Positions 38,499 through 49,093 are shown, counted from the first letter of the stretch. The stretch is 64,000 nucleotides of DNA from Gammaproteobacteria bacterium (GCA_965221955.1 CBDCTA010000002.1:64001-128000), one strand, 5' to 3'. Numbers and translations: made by a program. The notes: generated by a model not told the origin, from the sequence alone.

Positions 38499-39194
38499 CT
38501 AGATTGTTAGATGTTGCTCTACTAATTCTTCGGTTAATTCACTTATTGGCCCTTGTGCAACAGATCGTCCGATATCCATGATGACAAACATATCTGCCAG
38601 TTGTTTTGCTATCTTTATGTGTTGCTCGGTCAGAACTAATGTCATTCCCATCTCTTTATTCAAGTGGTGTAGAGTGTTTTGAATTTCTTCTACTATATTT
38701 GGCTGAATACCTTCTGTAGGTTCGTCAAGTAATAATACTTTAGGGTCAGTAGCTAGAGCACGCGCAACCGCTAGTTGTTGTTGTTGACCACCTGATAGTA
38801 ATCCGGCGCGCTTATCTAGATTATCAGCAAGATAGGGAAATAATTTTAAACATGAATCGGGTAGTTTATTCTCATTATCATTTCTTGCAAATGTACCAAG
38901 TACAATATTTTCGCGTACACTAAATTTACCTAGTATCCTTCGACCTTGAGGGACATAGCCTAGCCCTGCATGTGATCGTAGATGTGTTGCTTTTTTAGAA
39001 AAATCTTCTCCATTAATTTTCAGTGTTCCCTCCATGCTAGTAGTAAGACCCATTATAGTTTGAAGTAAGGTTGTTTTACCTACTCCATTTCTACCCAATA
39101 CACATAGACATTGACCTTCTTGTAAAGAAATACTTACGTCTTGGATAATGGGTGTTTTTCCATAATAGGAAGTAACATTTTCAAGTTCTAACAT
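38499..39194 (-). CDS. ABC ATPase, UrtE/LivF-like
   Basis: GRNGVGKT, LSGGQQQQL, LDEPTEGIQP. Confidence 0.92.
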   Translation of the reverse strand: MLELENVTSYYGKTPIIQDVSISLQEGQCLCVLGRNGVGKTTLLQTIMGLTTSMEGTLKINGEDFSKKATHLRSHAGLGYVPQGRRILGKFSVRENIVLGTFARNDNENKLPDSCLKLFPYLADNLDKRAGLLSGGQQQQLAVARALATDPKVLLLDEPTEGIQPNIVEEIQNTLHHLNKEMGMTLVLTEQHIKIAKQLADMFVIMDIGRSVAQGPISELTEELVEQHLTI

Positions 39195-39195
39195 G

Positions 39196-39939
39196 TTAGT
39201 TAATTCCTTCCGTGCCTAGATACACTTCTTTGACTTTTGGATGCTGCTCAATTTCTGATAAGGTTCCTTCAGCAAGCATTTTTCCTTGGTGCATTACTGA
39301 AATTACATCTGCAATGCTTTTTACAAAGGACATATCGTGCTCAACTACAACTAGAGTGTGATCACCTTTTAATTCTTTAAAAATCTTAGATGTTTTTTCT
39401 GTTTCTTGTTCTGTCATTCCTGCCGTTGGCTCATCCATTAACAACAATCTTGGTTTTTGCATCAACACCATGCCTATTTCTAGCCATTGTGTTTCACCAT
39501 GTGAGAGCAAGCCTGCAATATCATCTAAGCGATTTCCTAAGCCAGCTAATTCAATAATTTCATTAAAATGTTTTTTTCCTTTTTTATTAGAAAAAGGATT
39601 CATGTTTTGAAAAGGGCCACGCTTTTCTGTGAGCGCAACTTGAAAATTTTCACGTACAGTGAGTTCTTTAAAAACAGCTGGAATTTGAAACTTACGCCCA
39701 ACTCCTAAGCCTACAATTTGTCTTTCAAGTAGTTTAGTGATGTTTTTACCATCAAAATGTACAGTCCCTGAGGTAAGCTTTTGTCGACCAGTTATTAAAT
39801 CTAAAGAAGTAGTTTTACCTGCACCATTAGGACCAATTAAACAACGTAACTCACCTTCATTTACACTGAAATCAAATCCATTAACGACTGAATAATCATT
39901 ATAAGTTTTTGTAACTTCTTTTAATTCTAGTATTGCCAT
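39196..39939 (-). CDS. ABC ATPase, UrtD/LivG-like
   Basis: GPNGAGKT, RKFQ.P, LSHGE.QWLEIGM, VVEHDM. Confidence 0.92.
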   Translation of the reverse strand: MAILELKEVTKTYNDYSVVNGFDFSVNEGELRCLIGPNGAGKTTSLDLITGRQKLTSGTVHFDGKNITKLLERQIVGLGVGRKFQIPAVFKELTVRENFQVALTEKRGPFQNMNPFSNKKGKKHFNEIIELAGLGNRLDDIAGLLSHGETQWLEIGMVLMQKPRLLLMDEPTAGMTEQETEKTSKIFKELKGDHTLVVVEHDMSFVKSIADVISVMHQGKMLAEGTLSEIEQHPKVKEVYLGTEGIN

Positions 39940-41018
39940 TATGCTGCCTGCTTGATTCCGTTGTTGTTACTAGAAAACTTACCTAAAATTGTTTCAAATA
40001 GGCCAGTAAGACCTTTTGGAAGAAATAAAACAACAGCAATGAAAACTGCGCCAAGAATTATAAGCCATAGTTGTTGAAATTCATCGCCAGCATAGCTTTG
40101 GCCTAAATTAATTAAGAACGCTCCTAAAATTGCGCCAAGTAATGAAGTACGTCCACCTACTGCAGCCCAGATTACCATTGAAATACTTAGTGTAATTTCC
40201 ATTGATGTCGGCGAAACATATTGGACTATCATCACATACAAAATACCAGCGCAAGCAGCAATAAAGCCAGAAAGAGTGAATAATACAGTTTGATAATATG
40301 CAACGTTGTAACCTAAAAATCGTGCACGCTCAGGATCATCTCGCATCGCTTGCACAATGAGGCCAAATTTTGTATGTAGCAAAAATTTTGTGCCTAAAGT
40401 TAGAAAAGCTAAGAAACCTAAACAAATCCAATAAGCGGTACTGCTATATGGATCTATTTGTGTACCAAATATTTCAAAAGGAGAGGGAGGTGAAATGCCA
40501 TTAAAACCAGCCGTAAAAGGTTGCATATCGTATACAACTGCATACCAGGCAGCTAACATGGCTAAAGTCATAATGGCGACAAACACGCCAACGACTCTTG
40601 CTTGAAACATCATATATCCAAAAAATAAAAAGAATAAAGTAGGGATGCCGAGTGCTAAAGTTAATCCCATTGGGGTTGACCAGAACGGTTCCCAAACTAA
40701 AGGTAATGTTTCTAGCTCATTCGTCAACATAAAGGTTGGGATTGGGTCGGACTCAGGATCTTGAAACTGCATTTGCATAGTGGCACCCATTCCGTATGCA
40801 CCCATGCCAAAAGCAATGCCTTGCCCCAAACTTAATATTCCGCCATACCCCCAGACTAGTGACACTGAAACGGCAGTGATGGCAAAGACCAGGTAACGTG
40901 CATATTGGTTTAGCGAAAAAGGGTTATCAAATATAAAGGGTAAAAGTCCTAACAATACAAATATTGCTATATAAACTGCCCATTGTGCTTTGCGGTTGTG
41001 ATAAAGGTTCCCATTCAT
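39939..41018 (-). CDS. ABC permease, UrtC-like
   Basis: WGYGGILSLGQG..FG.GAY, A.RD...R..FLGY, VIW.AVGGR. Confidence 0.9.
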   Translation of the reverse strand: MNGNLYHNRKAQWAVYIAIFVLLGLLPFIFDNPFSLNQYARYLVFAITAVSVSLVWGYGGILSLGQGIAFGMGAYGMGATMQMQFQDPESDPIPTFMLTNELETLPLVWEPFWSTPMGLTLALGIPTLFFLFFGYMMFQARVVGVFVAIMTLAMLAAWYAVVYDMQPFTAGFNGISPPSPFEIFGTQIDPYSSTAYWICLGFLAFLTLGTKFLLHTKFGLIVQAMRDDPERARFLGYNVAYYQTVLFTLSGFIAACAGILYVMIVQYVSPTSMEITLSISMVIWAAVGGRTSLLGAILGAFLINLGQSYAGDEFQQLWLIILGAVFIAVVLFLPKGLTGLFETILGKFSSNNNGIKQAA

Positions 41019-41060
41019 GTTGCTAATTCTCCATCTGCTATTGTTATTTTCATTTAATGC

Positions 41061-41963
41061 TTAGCGTCTTGTAGCTCCTTCTGAAATGAGTCCTTGAGGA
41101 CGAAACCTGAGAAACACAACAATTAAAGTGAATAATATGAAACGCGCAAATGTTTCATTGGTAAAGTATGAAAAGATTGAGCTTAGCTCGCCAAGAATGC
41201 CTGAGCTGAACATGCTGCCAACAAGTCCAATTCCACCCACCACAACAACAAGAAAGGCTTCGACAATATATCCCATTCCCATATCAGGAAATAATGTTTT
41301 TAGTGCACCAAACAATGCTCCGGCTACACCTGCTAATCCTGCTCCATAAGCAAAGGTTAAACTGTAAATTTTATTCGCATCAATGCCAAATGATGCTGCC
41401 ATTTCTTTGTCTTGCATTACGGCGCGTACTCTGATCCCTAAAGTAGTTTTATACATTAGGTACCATGTCACGGCTCCGATCGCTATTGCAAATATAATAA
41501 TGAAAAGCCGTACACCCGATAAGTGAATGAAATTAGCTTCTATTTGGAAATCAAGCCATTTAGGGACACCAACATATTTAGGTTCGCCGCCAAAAATTAA
41601 ACGAATCCCTTGTATTAAAATTAGAGACAACCCCCATGTTGCTAAAAGTGTATCTAGCGGGCGCTGATACAGTGTCCGGATTATCCCTCGTTCTATTGCC
41701 CATCCAATTAATGCCATCACAATAAACGCCAGAGGTAAGCAAAGAAGAAATGGAACACCTAAAAAATGTTGAAAAACATAGGTTGTATATGCGCCTAGCA
41801 TTATGAATTCGCCATGCGCCATATTGATGACTCCCATGGCACCATAAATGATGGTCAAGCCTAGAGCTGCAATGAAAAATATACTGGCGAGGCTAACACC
41901 TATAAATAATGAATTAAGAAATGGATAGAGAGAAAAGGGAGTCCAAAAATCATGTACGCTCAT
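41061..41963 (-). CDS. ABC permease, UrtB-like
   Basis: GVINMAHGEF.MLGAY, RPLDTLLATWG.SL, RPQGL. Confidence 0.9.
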   Translation of the reverse strand: MSVHDFWTPFSLYPFLNSLFIGVSLASIFFIAALGLTIIYGAMGVINMAHGEFIMLGAYTTYVFQHFLGVPFLLCLPLAFIVMALIGWAIERGIIRTLYQRPLDTLLATWGLSLILIQGIRLIFGGEPKYVGVPKWLDFQIEANFIHLSGVRLFIIIFAIAIGAVTWYLMYKTTLGIRVRAVMQDKEMAASFGIDANKIYSLTFAYGAGLAGVAGALFGALKTLFPDMGMGYIVEAFLVVVVGGIGLVGSMFSSGILGELSSIFSYFTNETFARFILFTLIVVFLRFRPQGLISEGATRR

Positions 41964-42087
41964 TACCTATATTCCTCCTGAAAATAACTTGAGTACTGAA
42001 AGAGCCAAGGCTATAGCTCTTATTTAGTTATCCAGTTTTATGTTTTTATTTGAACGAGCACGTAATAATTATTATTTTGTGCTCTAA

Positions 42088-42180
42088 TATTTTTTCCATC
42101 ACAGCTCAAATAAAGAAGCGATGGAAAAAATAACTAAGCCCACATGATACGGCGACTTATTCACAGTCGCCGTATATGTG
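42088..42180. other. Two hairpins between the binding-protein and permease genes
   Basis: ATACGGCGACT/AGTCGCCGTAT within 42141-42180; TATTTTTTCCATC/GATGGAAAAAATA at 42088-42132. Confidence 0.65.
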
Positions 42181-42197
42181 ATCAAAAAAACACCTTC

Positions 42198-43529
42198 TTA
42201 AAGTACGTTCTTCTTAATTTTTCCATCAGGAGTATGTAGGCCATCTGCTTTACATACACCGCGTTCTGGGTAGATAGACATCGGATCGGGTGGTACATGC
42301 TCATCCGCAGCTTTCACAATTGTAAACTGACCGTCAGCACCACATTGACCAATTTTTGGTTTCAACCAAATGTTGAAGTTATCTGGATCAATCCAAACTT
42401 TACCTTCTGGTGAAACATCATCTTCAACTGTAATGTTGCCTGAAACATCGCGAATCATACGTGGGGTAATTTCTTCAATGTTACCAGTCTCTTTTAATGC
42501 CTTCTCTAAGCCATATTTAAATACATAGAACGACAGATAAGTCTCTTCCATATTATAGTGGGTTACACCGCCACCGCCGTATTTACTAGATAAATAACCG
42601 TCTACAAACTTGTGGTTAGTCGGGTTATCTAATGTTTGGAAATAAGGGGCTGATAAGAAGTGACCTGCACCTGCTTCAGCGCCCATTGCACGGATTTCGA
42701 TTTCACCCGTAGTTAATGCAGCAATTGGCAATTTGTCTGACTTAAAACCTTCTTGTAAGAACTGTTTATGCATAGCGATATCCGAATCACCCACAACAGT
42801 TGAGAAGATAAAGTCTGGCTTTTGTTGGCGAACCTTATTGAAAATTGGAGTGAATTCAGAGCCACCTAGAGGCACGTAGTCTTCACCAACAATTTCGCCG
42901 CCTGCACGTTCTAACCAAACTTTAGCGTTTTTATTTGATTCTTTTGGCCAAATATAGTTTGAGCCAATCAAGTAACACTTCGGTCCAAATTCTTTTGCCA
43001 TGAATGGAATTAAGTCAAACGAGTGTTGATTCGCTAATGGGCCAGTATTAATGATATTTTGCGTGCACTCACGACCTTCATAACAGGTTGGGTAGTAGAA
43101 AAGATGGTCACGTGCCATCACAATTGGCGCTACCGCTCTACGGCTAGCAGAGGTATATCCACCAAATGTTGCAATTACACGATCTTTTAAGATTAGTTGA
43201 CTAATTTTTTCTGAATACACTTTAATATCAGACTTGGCATCAATCACAACGGGCTCAAGCATTTTGCCTGCAACACCACCCGCAGCATTAATTTCGTCAA
43301 TTGCATACAATCCTACTTGCGTAGAATCATTTTCAATTACGGCTAAGTTGCCTGTTTGTGACCAGAGCAATCCAACTTTTATTGTTTTATCACCTTTTTT
43401 AATCCATGGAGCTGCAGCAGTTGCTTTAGGAATGTATAGGGATGGAAATCCCACAGCAGCTGCAGTTGCGCCAACTGCGGATCCTTTTAAGATCGCACGT
43501 CGCTTCTGACTGATAGGCTTATCTTTCAT
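42198..43529 (-). CDS. Tat-exported amide/urea-type ABC substrate-binding protein (UrtA/AmiC fold)
   Basis: RRAILK Tat signal; GGYTSASRRAV, YPTCYEG, GSNYIWPKESN. Confidence 0.9.
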   Translation of the reverse strand: MKDKPISQKRRAILKGSAVGATAAAVGFPSLYIPKATAAAPWIKKGDKTIKVGLLWSQTGNLAVIENDSTQVGLYAIDEINAAGGVAGKMLEPVVIDAKSDIKVYSEKISQLILKDRVIATFGGYTSASRRAVAPIVMARDHLFYYPTCYEGRECTQNIINTGPLANQHSFDLIPFMAKEFGPKCYLIGSNYIWPKESNKNAKVWLERAGGEIVGEDYVPLGGSEFTPIFNKVRQQKPDFIFSTVVGDSDIAMHKQFLQEGFKSDKLPIAALTTGEIEIRAMGAEAGAGHFLSAPYFQTLDNPTNHKFVDGYLSSKYGGGGVTHYNMEETYLSFYVFKYGLEKALKETGNIEEITPRMIRDVSGNITVEDDVSPEGKVWIDPDNFNIWLKPKIGQCGADGQFTIVKAADEHVPPDPMSIYPERGVCKADGLHTPDGKIKKNVL

Positions 43530-43677
43530 AAATCCTCCTTACATTGAGACGGTTGAGCTGTGCAGCGAGCCAAGTTTTTCTGGTAGATTCAATGGTTTTG
43601 ACATAGCCTTTGCCAATCTCAAGATTGCATAATGTAGATTATTAAATTATTTTTGGCGTTGTAGTTACTATTTACTA

Positions 43678-43784
43678 CATATGGCCATAAGTATATATAC
43701 TTATGGGCTATAGTGAATCATATGCAGGTCATTAGGTCAATAAATACTAGCTTAAGTATCGAATATAATGGCTAGAAACTCTGT
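43678..43784 (-). promoter_or_regulatory. ABC operon promoter block with tandem palindromes
   Basis: CATATGGCCATAAG (43678-91) and CTTATGGGCTATAG (43700-13); homologous to 38131-38215. Confidence 0.7.
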
Positions 43785-44033
43785 TATATAGATTTAAGGT
43801 TAAACCTTGGAAATACAGCATTCATTTAAATGGCAAAAAGCATCTTAATTTTGATTGATAAAGCTGACAAAAAATATTAATTTTTCAATTACTTGAGAAA
43901 TTTATTGCATTCTAATTCTTTGCTCTTTATCTTGGTCAATATCGTGTATTTAGCAGATTGTAATAGTTTAGAAGTACAAGTAAGTCTATTGATTGAAGGT
44001 TAATAAATGAACAAAACGTTGGCACACATATAG

Positions 44034-44726
44034 ATGAATATAGATTCTTCAATTTTTAGAATTGTAATTGCAGATGATCATGCATTGGTTCGTGGAGGTC
44101 TCGTTCAGCTCGTGAAGTTAGTTGAAGAGAATGTAGAAATCATTGAAACCAATGATTTTGAGCAAACATTAGAATATCTAAGTAAAGGGGATGCGGTTGA
44201 CTTGTTACTGATGGATCTTTTAATGCCGGGGATGAATGGGATGGATGGTATTAAACAAATTTGTAAAGACTGGCCAGATGTGCCTGTCATAGTTGTATCG
44301 GTACGAGAGAATATTGCAGCCATTCGCAATGCATTAGCAGCAGGTGCAATGGGTTATATTCCTAAAACTTCATCTCCAGACGTAATGATGAGTGCCATTA
44401 AATTAGTTTTATCTGGTGGTGTGTATGTTCCTCCACATGTTTTGGGTGCGAACTCGTTACAAGAGGAGCAAAATCTAGTGCAAGGTGGATTGAAAGATTC
44501 TTCTAAAACTTCTTCACATGGGCAAGGTGTTGCACAGCTTACACAACGGCAGTTAGAAGTATTAGATCTTATGGCATTAGGTAAACAGAATAGAGATATT
44601 GCAAATGATCTTGGATTAAATGTTGGTACAGTAAAAATGCATTCATCAAGAATTTTTAAAACCTTAAACGTGCAAAACCGTACAGAAGCTGTCGCAATGT
44701 ACACACAATCAAAAAGGGATAGTTAA
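44034..44726 (+). CDS. NarL/LuxR-family response regulator
   Basis: ADDH..VR.G, MDLLMPG, LT.RQ.EVL..MA.G..N..IA..L....TVK.H. Confidence 0.93.
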   Translation: MNIDSSIFRIVIADDHALVRGGLVQLVKLVEENVEIIETNDFEQTLEYLSKGDAVDLLLMDLLMPGMNGMDGIKQICKDWPDVPVIVVSVRENIAAIRNALAAGAMGYIPKTSSPDVMMSAIKLVLSGGVYVPPHVLGANSLQEEQNLVQGGLKDSSKTSSHGQGVAQLTQRQLEVLDLMALGKQNRDIANDLGLNVGTVKMHSSRIFKTLNVQNRTEAVAMYTQSKRDS

Positions 44727-44786
44727 AATCAATAAATCTAAGCTAGATGTAGTCTGATTTTATATAATTTTTGATTTTACCTATAT

Positions 44787-46862
44787 TTATGAGACCGAAA
44801 CTTTTAGTTGATTTGTAAACTGTGAATTTTCTTCAGACTCTATTATCAAGTGAGAGATTAATGCTCTTAATTTAGCAGGATGGACTGGTTTAGATAATAC
44901 ACGGTATCCATGATCCGCAATTTTTCGCACTTCACTTGTATCAGCTTCTCCGGTGATAATAAACGCAGGAACGAGATAGCCGAGTTTTTTAATTACATTG
45001 CTTATCGCTTGTACACCATTGACGCTTCCTGGCAAACGATAATCTGCAATTATTAGGTCGGGTATATTATATGGATCAAACATTAAGTACTCGGCTTCTT
45101 GAGCTGATTTTGCACAAGTTACCTTGCATTCCCAAGATTCAAGAAGATGTGTAGTTGCATCCAAAACCATAGCATCATCTTCGATAAGTAATATGGATGT
45201 ATTACTTAAATCAAAAAAACTAGTTTCAAATGGTCGTGATTCGACATTATCTGCAGGTTTTTCACCCAATTCTACGATTACAGCAAATCGTGATCCCTTA
45301 TTTACTTTTGAAGAATGTTCTATTTGATGGTCTAAACAAATTGAAAGTCTTCGTACAATAGCTAAACCAAGACCTAACCCTTTACCTCGATCTCGCTCTT
45401 TATTATCAAGCTGATGGAAATCATCAAAGATTGCTTCCCGTTGATGTTTTGGAATACCAGGGCCTGTGTCTAAAATCTCTATTGAGAGTTTTCCTATTCT
45501 TCGTCTGCATCCTAATAACACACGTCCAGAATTGGTATAACGGATAGCGTTTGCTACAAAATTACCAATGATTTGTTCTAATAAAACTGGGTCACTTCGC
45601 ACATAAGCAGAAGAGGGAATGATATGTAAAGCAATTCCCTTGCGGTATGACATTGGTCGAAAGCCACGTGCTACTCTGTGTAAAATTTCTTGAACTGGAA
45701 AGTCTTCGATTTGAGGTTGCACTGCTCCTGCTTCAAGCTGAGATACATCGAGAATTGCATTTAATAACCGACCCGTTGAAATCGAGACTGCATCAATATC
45801 AGATACAATTTTAAGGGTATCTTTGTCTTTGACTTTTTGTTGTAGTGCTGTGATATACATTTGCATAGCATGCAATGGTTGTCGTAAATCGTGACTTGCT
45901 GCTGCTAAGAATTGTGACTTTGCACGGTTTGCTTTTTCGGCATCTTCTTTTGCATCCCGAAGATCTCTATCTTGAGCACTTAAATCGTGCTTTAACTTAT
46001 TAAAACTCCTACTCACCATACCAAGCTCGTCCCCGCGAGACATTAATTCTTTTTCCATTGCGGAATCTTCAACGTTGTGAAGAGCACTAATAGAGTTAAT
46101 GGTGTCAGTTAAGGCATGCAATGGATTAGAAATATTTCTTTTCACCACATAGTAAAAAATGGTAATTACAATACATATAGTTATTATTGAGGCAAGCACG
46201 GTGAAGCTTGAGGCAGTGCTTTCAACACGATCTGCATAATTGACTGATGCATCGTTAAGATTACTTAGTTCGCCAACAAGCGTATCCAATTCAGTGATGA
46301 GTGTTTTTTCACTGGCTTCGACATCGGATACCATTTCCATGCCCATTAAAAAAGAGCCATCTTCTACATGACGGAATATTTTTTCAGCACGAACATTATG
46401 AATACGACTTGCATGTCTAAGGCTAGAGAGTTGGCGTAATAAGTTTTGACTATATTCTTTGATTAAATTATTTTCAGCATTATTAAGAGAAACTGCTTTA
46501 GTAATTAGTTTGTCGGCCCAAGCAATCTCTTCATTGATACTGCTATAATCTTCTTGGTATCGTCCTCGTGCGGCAATATAAGCTTCTTCAGCTTCTTTGT
46601 CGTAAACCACTCGATCACCAACAAATATAATATCTTTTAAATTTAATCTACTGTCTTGTATTTGATGACGTATTGATTCTGATGAATTAAATAATGGTAA
46701 ATATAGATCAGACATTTGCTTAACTACATTACCTACAGAGCTAATTTGTGATAGAGCTATTGTAGTAACAACAGAGTACGAAATAATCTCAAGAAAAATA
46801 ATGGATAGAATTTTTTGTCCAACAGACATTCTATTTATTATGTTTTTTAGATTATTTTTCAT
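44787..46862 (-). CDS. Hybrid sensor histidine kinase
   Basis: Two TM helices, helical periplasmic domain, HAMP, ASHDLRQP, GLGLGL, C-terminal receiver. Confidence 0.92.
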   Translation of the reverse strand: MKNNLKNIINRMSVGQKILSIIFLEIISYSVVTTIALSQISSVGNVVKQMSDLYLPLFNSSESIRHQIQDSRLNLKDIIFVGDRVVYDKEAEEAYIAARGRYQEDYSSINEEIAWADKLITKAVSLNNAENNLIKEYSQNLLRQLSSLRHASRIHNVRAEKIFRHVEDGSFLMGMEMVSDVEASEKTLITELDTLVGELSNLNDASVNYADRVESTASSFTVLASIITICIVITIFYYVVKRNISNPLHALTDTINSISALHNVEDSAMEKELMSRGDELGMVSRSFNKLKHDLSAQDRDLRDAKEDAEKANRAKSQFLAAASHDLRQPLHAMQMYITALQQKVKDKDTLKIVSDIDAVSISTGRLLNAILDVSQLEAGAVQPQIEDFPVQEILHRVARGFRPMSYRKGIALHIIPSSAYVRSDPVLLEQIIGNFVANAIRYTNSGRVLLGCRRRIGKLSIEILDTGPGIPKHQREAIFDDFHQLDNKERDRGKGLGLGLAIVRRLSICLDHQIEHSSKVNKGSRFAVIVELGEKPADNVESRPFETSFFDLSNTSILLIEDDAMVLDATTHLLESWECKVTCAKSAQEAEYLMFDPYNIPDLIIADYRLPGSVNGVQAISNVIKKLGYLVPAFIITGEADTSEVRKIADHGYRVLSKPVHPAKLRALISHLIIESEENSQFTNQLKVSVS

Positions 46863-46908
46863 GCGCCAGTCAAATTAATAAAAGTTATAAATGATTTTGA
46901 AAAGTTAA

Positions 46909-48216
46909 TTAGGATGCTGCTTTAACCAATTTGCCACTTGGTAAATGTAAACCTATACTCGTGCATTCGCCTCGTTGAGGATAGAGTATGTACGGATTGG
47001 GCGGTATTGCTTGATCTTGTTGGAATAATAACTCTACTTGTCCTTGTGCATTAAACATTCCAATTTTAGGGGTTAGCCAGCTATTAAAATTACTTGGGTC
47101 AATTCTAACAGCGCCTTCAGGAGACTCTTGCGCTGTTAATGATAAGCCTGCTGAGTATTGTCGTACCATAGTAGGATTAATTGCTGATTCGCCTTCGTTA
47201 GCAACAATGTTCTCGATGGCTTTCTTGAAATATAGAAATGTTAAGTATGTTTCTTCCATGTTGTAATGCGTAACACCACTTTCTCCATAAAAACTTCCAA
47301 GAAATTCTTCTACAAATTTACGATTAGTTTCATTCTCTAAGCTTTGAAAATAAGGTGCCGAAAGTATATGGCCTTCTCCATATTCCAAACCCATGAGTTT
47401 TACTTCCATTTCTGATGTTGTTAAGGATGCGGTGGGCAACTTATCAGGACTGAATCCTTCTTTAAAATATTCTTTTCTAAAATAAATATCGGAGTCACCA
47501 ACTACAGTAGAAAAAATCCAATCAGGCTGTAGTTGTTTTATTTTCTTAAATATGTGATCAAATTTACCATGACCAAGCGGTACGTATGATTCGCCCACTA
47601 TTTTACCACCAGTGTTATTAAGCCAACGTTGAGCATTACGATTTGATTCTTTTGGCCAAACATAGTTGGAGCCGATAAAATATGCTCTAGGACCAAAATT
47701 ATTTACCATAAATGGAATTAGATCATAAGAGTGTTGATTAGCTATGGGGCCAGTACAGATAATATGTTGCCAACATTCTCTACCTTCATAACAAGTTGGA
47801 TAATAAAATAATCCATTATTCAAAGTGACTAATGGCATCACGGCACGTCGACTTGCAGATGTATATCCACCAAATGTTGCCAATACATTTTCATTTAACA
47901 TTAAGTGTTGAATGCCTTCACGGTAGGTTTTCATGTCAGATTTTGCGTCAATTACGATTGGTTCGATTTGAAAACCAGCAACGCCACCATTTTTATTAAC
48001 TTTATCAACCCAGTACAAACCAACATCTCGGGAAGGTTTTTCAATGACACTAAGATGACCGCTTAAAGACCAAAGTAAACCAATTTTTATGGTGCCTTGT
48101 TTTGTAATCCAAGGTGAGAGTGGCTTTGCGCTAGTTAATTTTGATATAGGTGTTAATGCTGATAGCGAAGCCACAGCACATGATCCTTTTAGTAGGTTTC
48201 GACGGTTTATAGCCAT
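46909..48216 (-). CDS. Second Tat-exported AmiC/UrtA-fold binding protein, probably sensory
   Basis: NRRNLLK signal; close paralogue of 42198-43529; sits directly upstream of the kinase. Confidence 0.88.
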   Translation of the reverse strand: MAINRRNLLKGSCAVASLSALTPISKLTSAKPLSPWITKQGTIKIGLLWSLSGHLSVIEKPSRDVGLYWVDKVNKNGGVAGFQIEPIVIDAKSDMKTYREGIQHLMLNENVLATFGGYTSASRRAVMPLVTLNNGLFYYPTCYEGRECWQHIICTGPIANQHSYDLIPFMVNNFGPRAYFIGSNYVWPKESNRNAQRWLNNTGGKIVGESYVPLGHGKFDHIFKKIKQLQPDWIFSTVVGDSDIYFRKEYFKEGFSPDKLPTASLTTSEMEVKLMGLEYGEGHILSAPYFQSLENETNRKFVEEFLGSFYGESGVTHYNMEETYLTFLYFKKAIENIVANEGESAINPTMVRQYSAGLSLTAQESPEGAVRIDPSNFNSWLTPKIGMFNAQGQVELLFQQDQAIPPNPYILYPQRGECTSIGLHLPSGKLVKAAS

Positions 48217-48359
48217 AGATTAAAACTACCAGGCAAGTTTATGAATAACAAAATATTAATTCATTAATTGCAAGGATGTATACCTATAAAATAAATGGTT
48301 AATTAAATGGTGTAGCCTACTATATATAGGTCGTTATAGACTGCATTAATTCATGGAAT

Positions 48360-49088
48360 TTAGACTTCTGGGGCAAATGCGGCTAATGCAGAGTGTCCTA
48401 TAATTTGACCATTAAATTCTTGCATGGCTTCAAGCACGCAATCCCAACAATATTCTGCTGAAGCACTTTCAACTAGTACTAAATAATTAGTTAATGCATT
48501 GAGATCATTGCGAATAATTATTGCACTGATGCGTGCCAGAGAAGTTTGTGCGACCATATTATTTCCAAACTTATTAGTGCGTAAATCAATTGCGCATAGT
48601 TTTGAAAACATATCTGGTGTGAAAATTCCGGAAATCGAAAAACACGCATGACTTTCTTGGCGTGGCATGATAAACCCGCATGCTTCAGTACTTTGCGTGA
48701 AATCCTGATGCCATGTGTCTTCAAGTGTACTCGGTACATTTGTTTCATGTTTAATGTTGTCTAAAATCAAAATATCGTTACTTCCAAGTCTTGCGATTAC
48801 ACAGCCATTCGAATCATTAAAGGAAGTATTTATGTTTGCTGGAATTTGGATATTATTTTTTATTAGCCAGTCGCACGTACCAAAGCCTTTGAAGCCAATT
48901 CTTTGTATATAGCTTAAATCACTTAGAGCTAAATTATTTGCAAAGTTAATCTCTTCCTTTGGGTCTGTTATGGAAGAAACGACAGCATAATTGTTCCTTT
49001 CTGACCAAGTGATTTCTGGCTCGTCAAACTTTCGATATTGAAAACTACGTCGTGGATATTGAGTAGGACTTATTACAGAATCATTCAT
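48360..49088 (-). CDS. mgdD: N-methylglutamate dehydrogenase subunit D (SoxG-like)
   Basis: DLS...R.GFKG, KLCAIDLR, AQT..AR; last gene of a soxBDAG-like set. Confidence 0.8.
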   Translation of the reverse strand: MNDSVISPTQYPRRSFQYRKFDEPEITWSERNNYAVVSSITDPKEEINFANNLALSDLSYIQRIGFKGFGTCDWLIKNNIQIPANINTSFNDSNGCVIARLGSNDILILDNIKHETNVPSTLEDTWHQDFTQSTEACGFIMPRQESHACFSISGIFTPDMFSKLCAIDLRTNKFGNNMVAQTSLARISAIIIRNDLNALTNYLVLVESASAEYCWDCVLEAMQEFNGQIIGHSALAAFAPEV

Positions 49089-49093
49089 AGTTG

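Noticed and set aside
43598-43618. Minus-strand GGCAAAGGC resembling an ANTAR loop upstream of the ABC operon
   Set aside because: The stem does not close a hexaloop; no second hairpin or terminator.
44020-44035. TGGCAC as a sigma54 -24 box
   Set aside because: No TTGC/-12 element, and it abuts the start codon.
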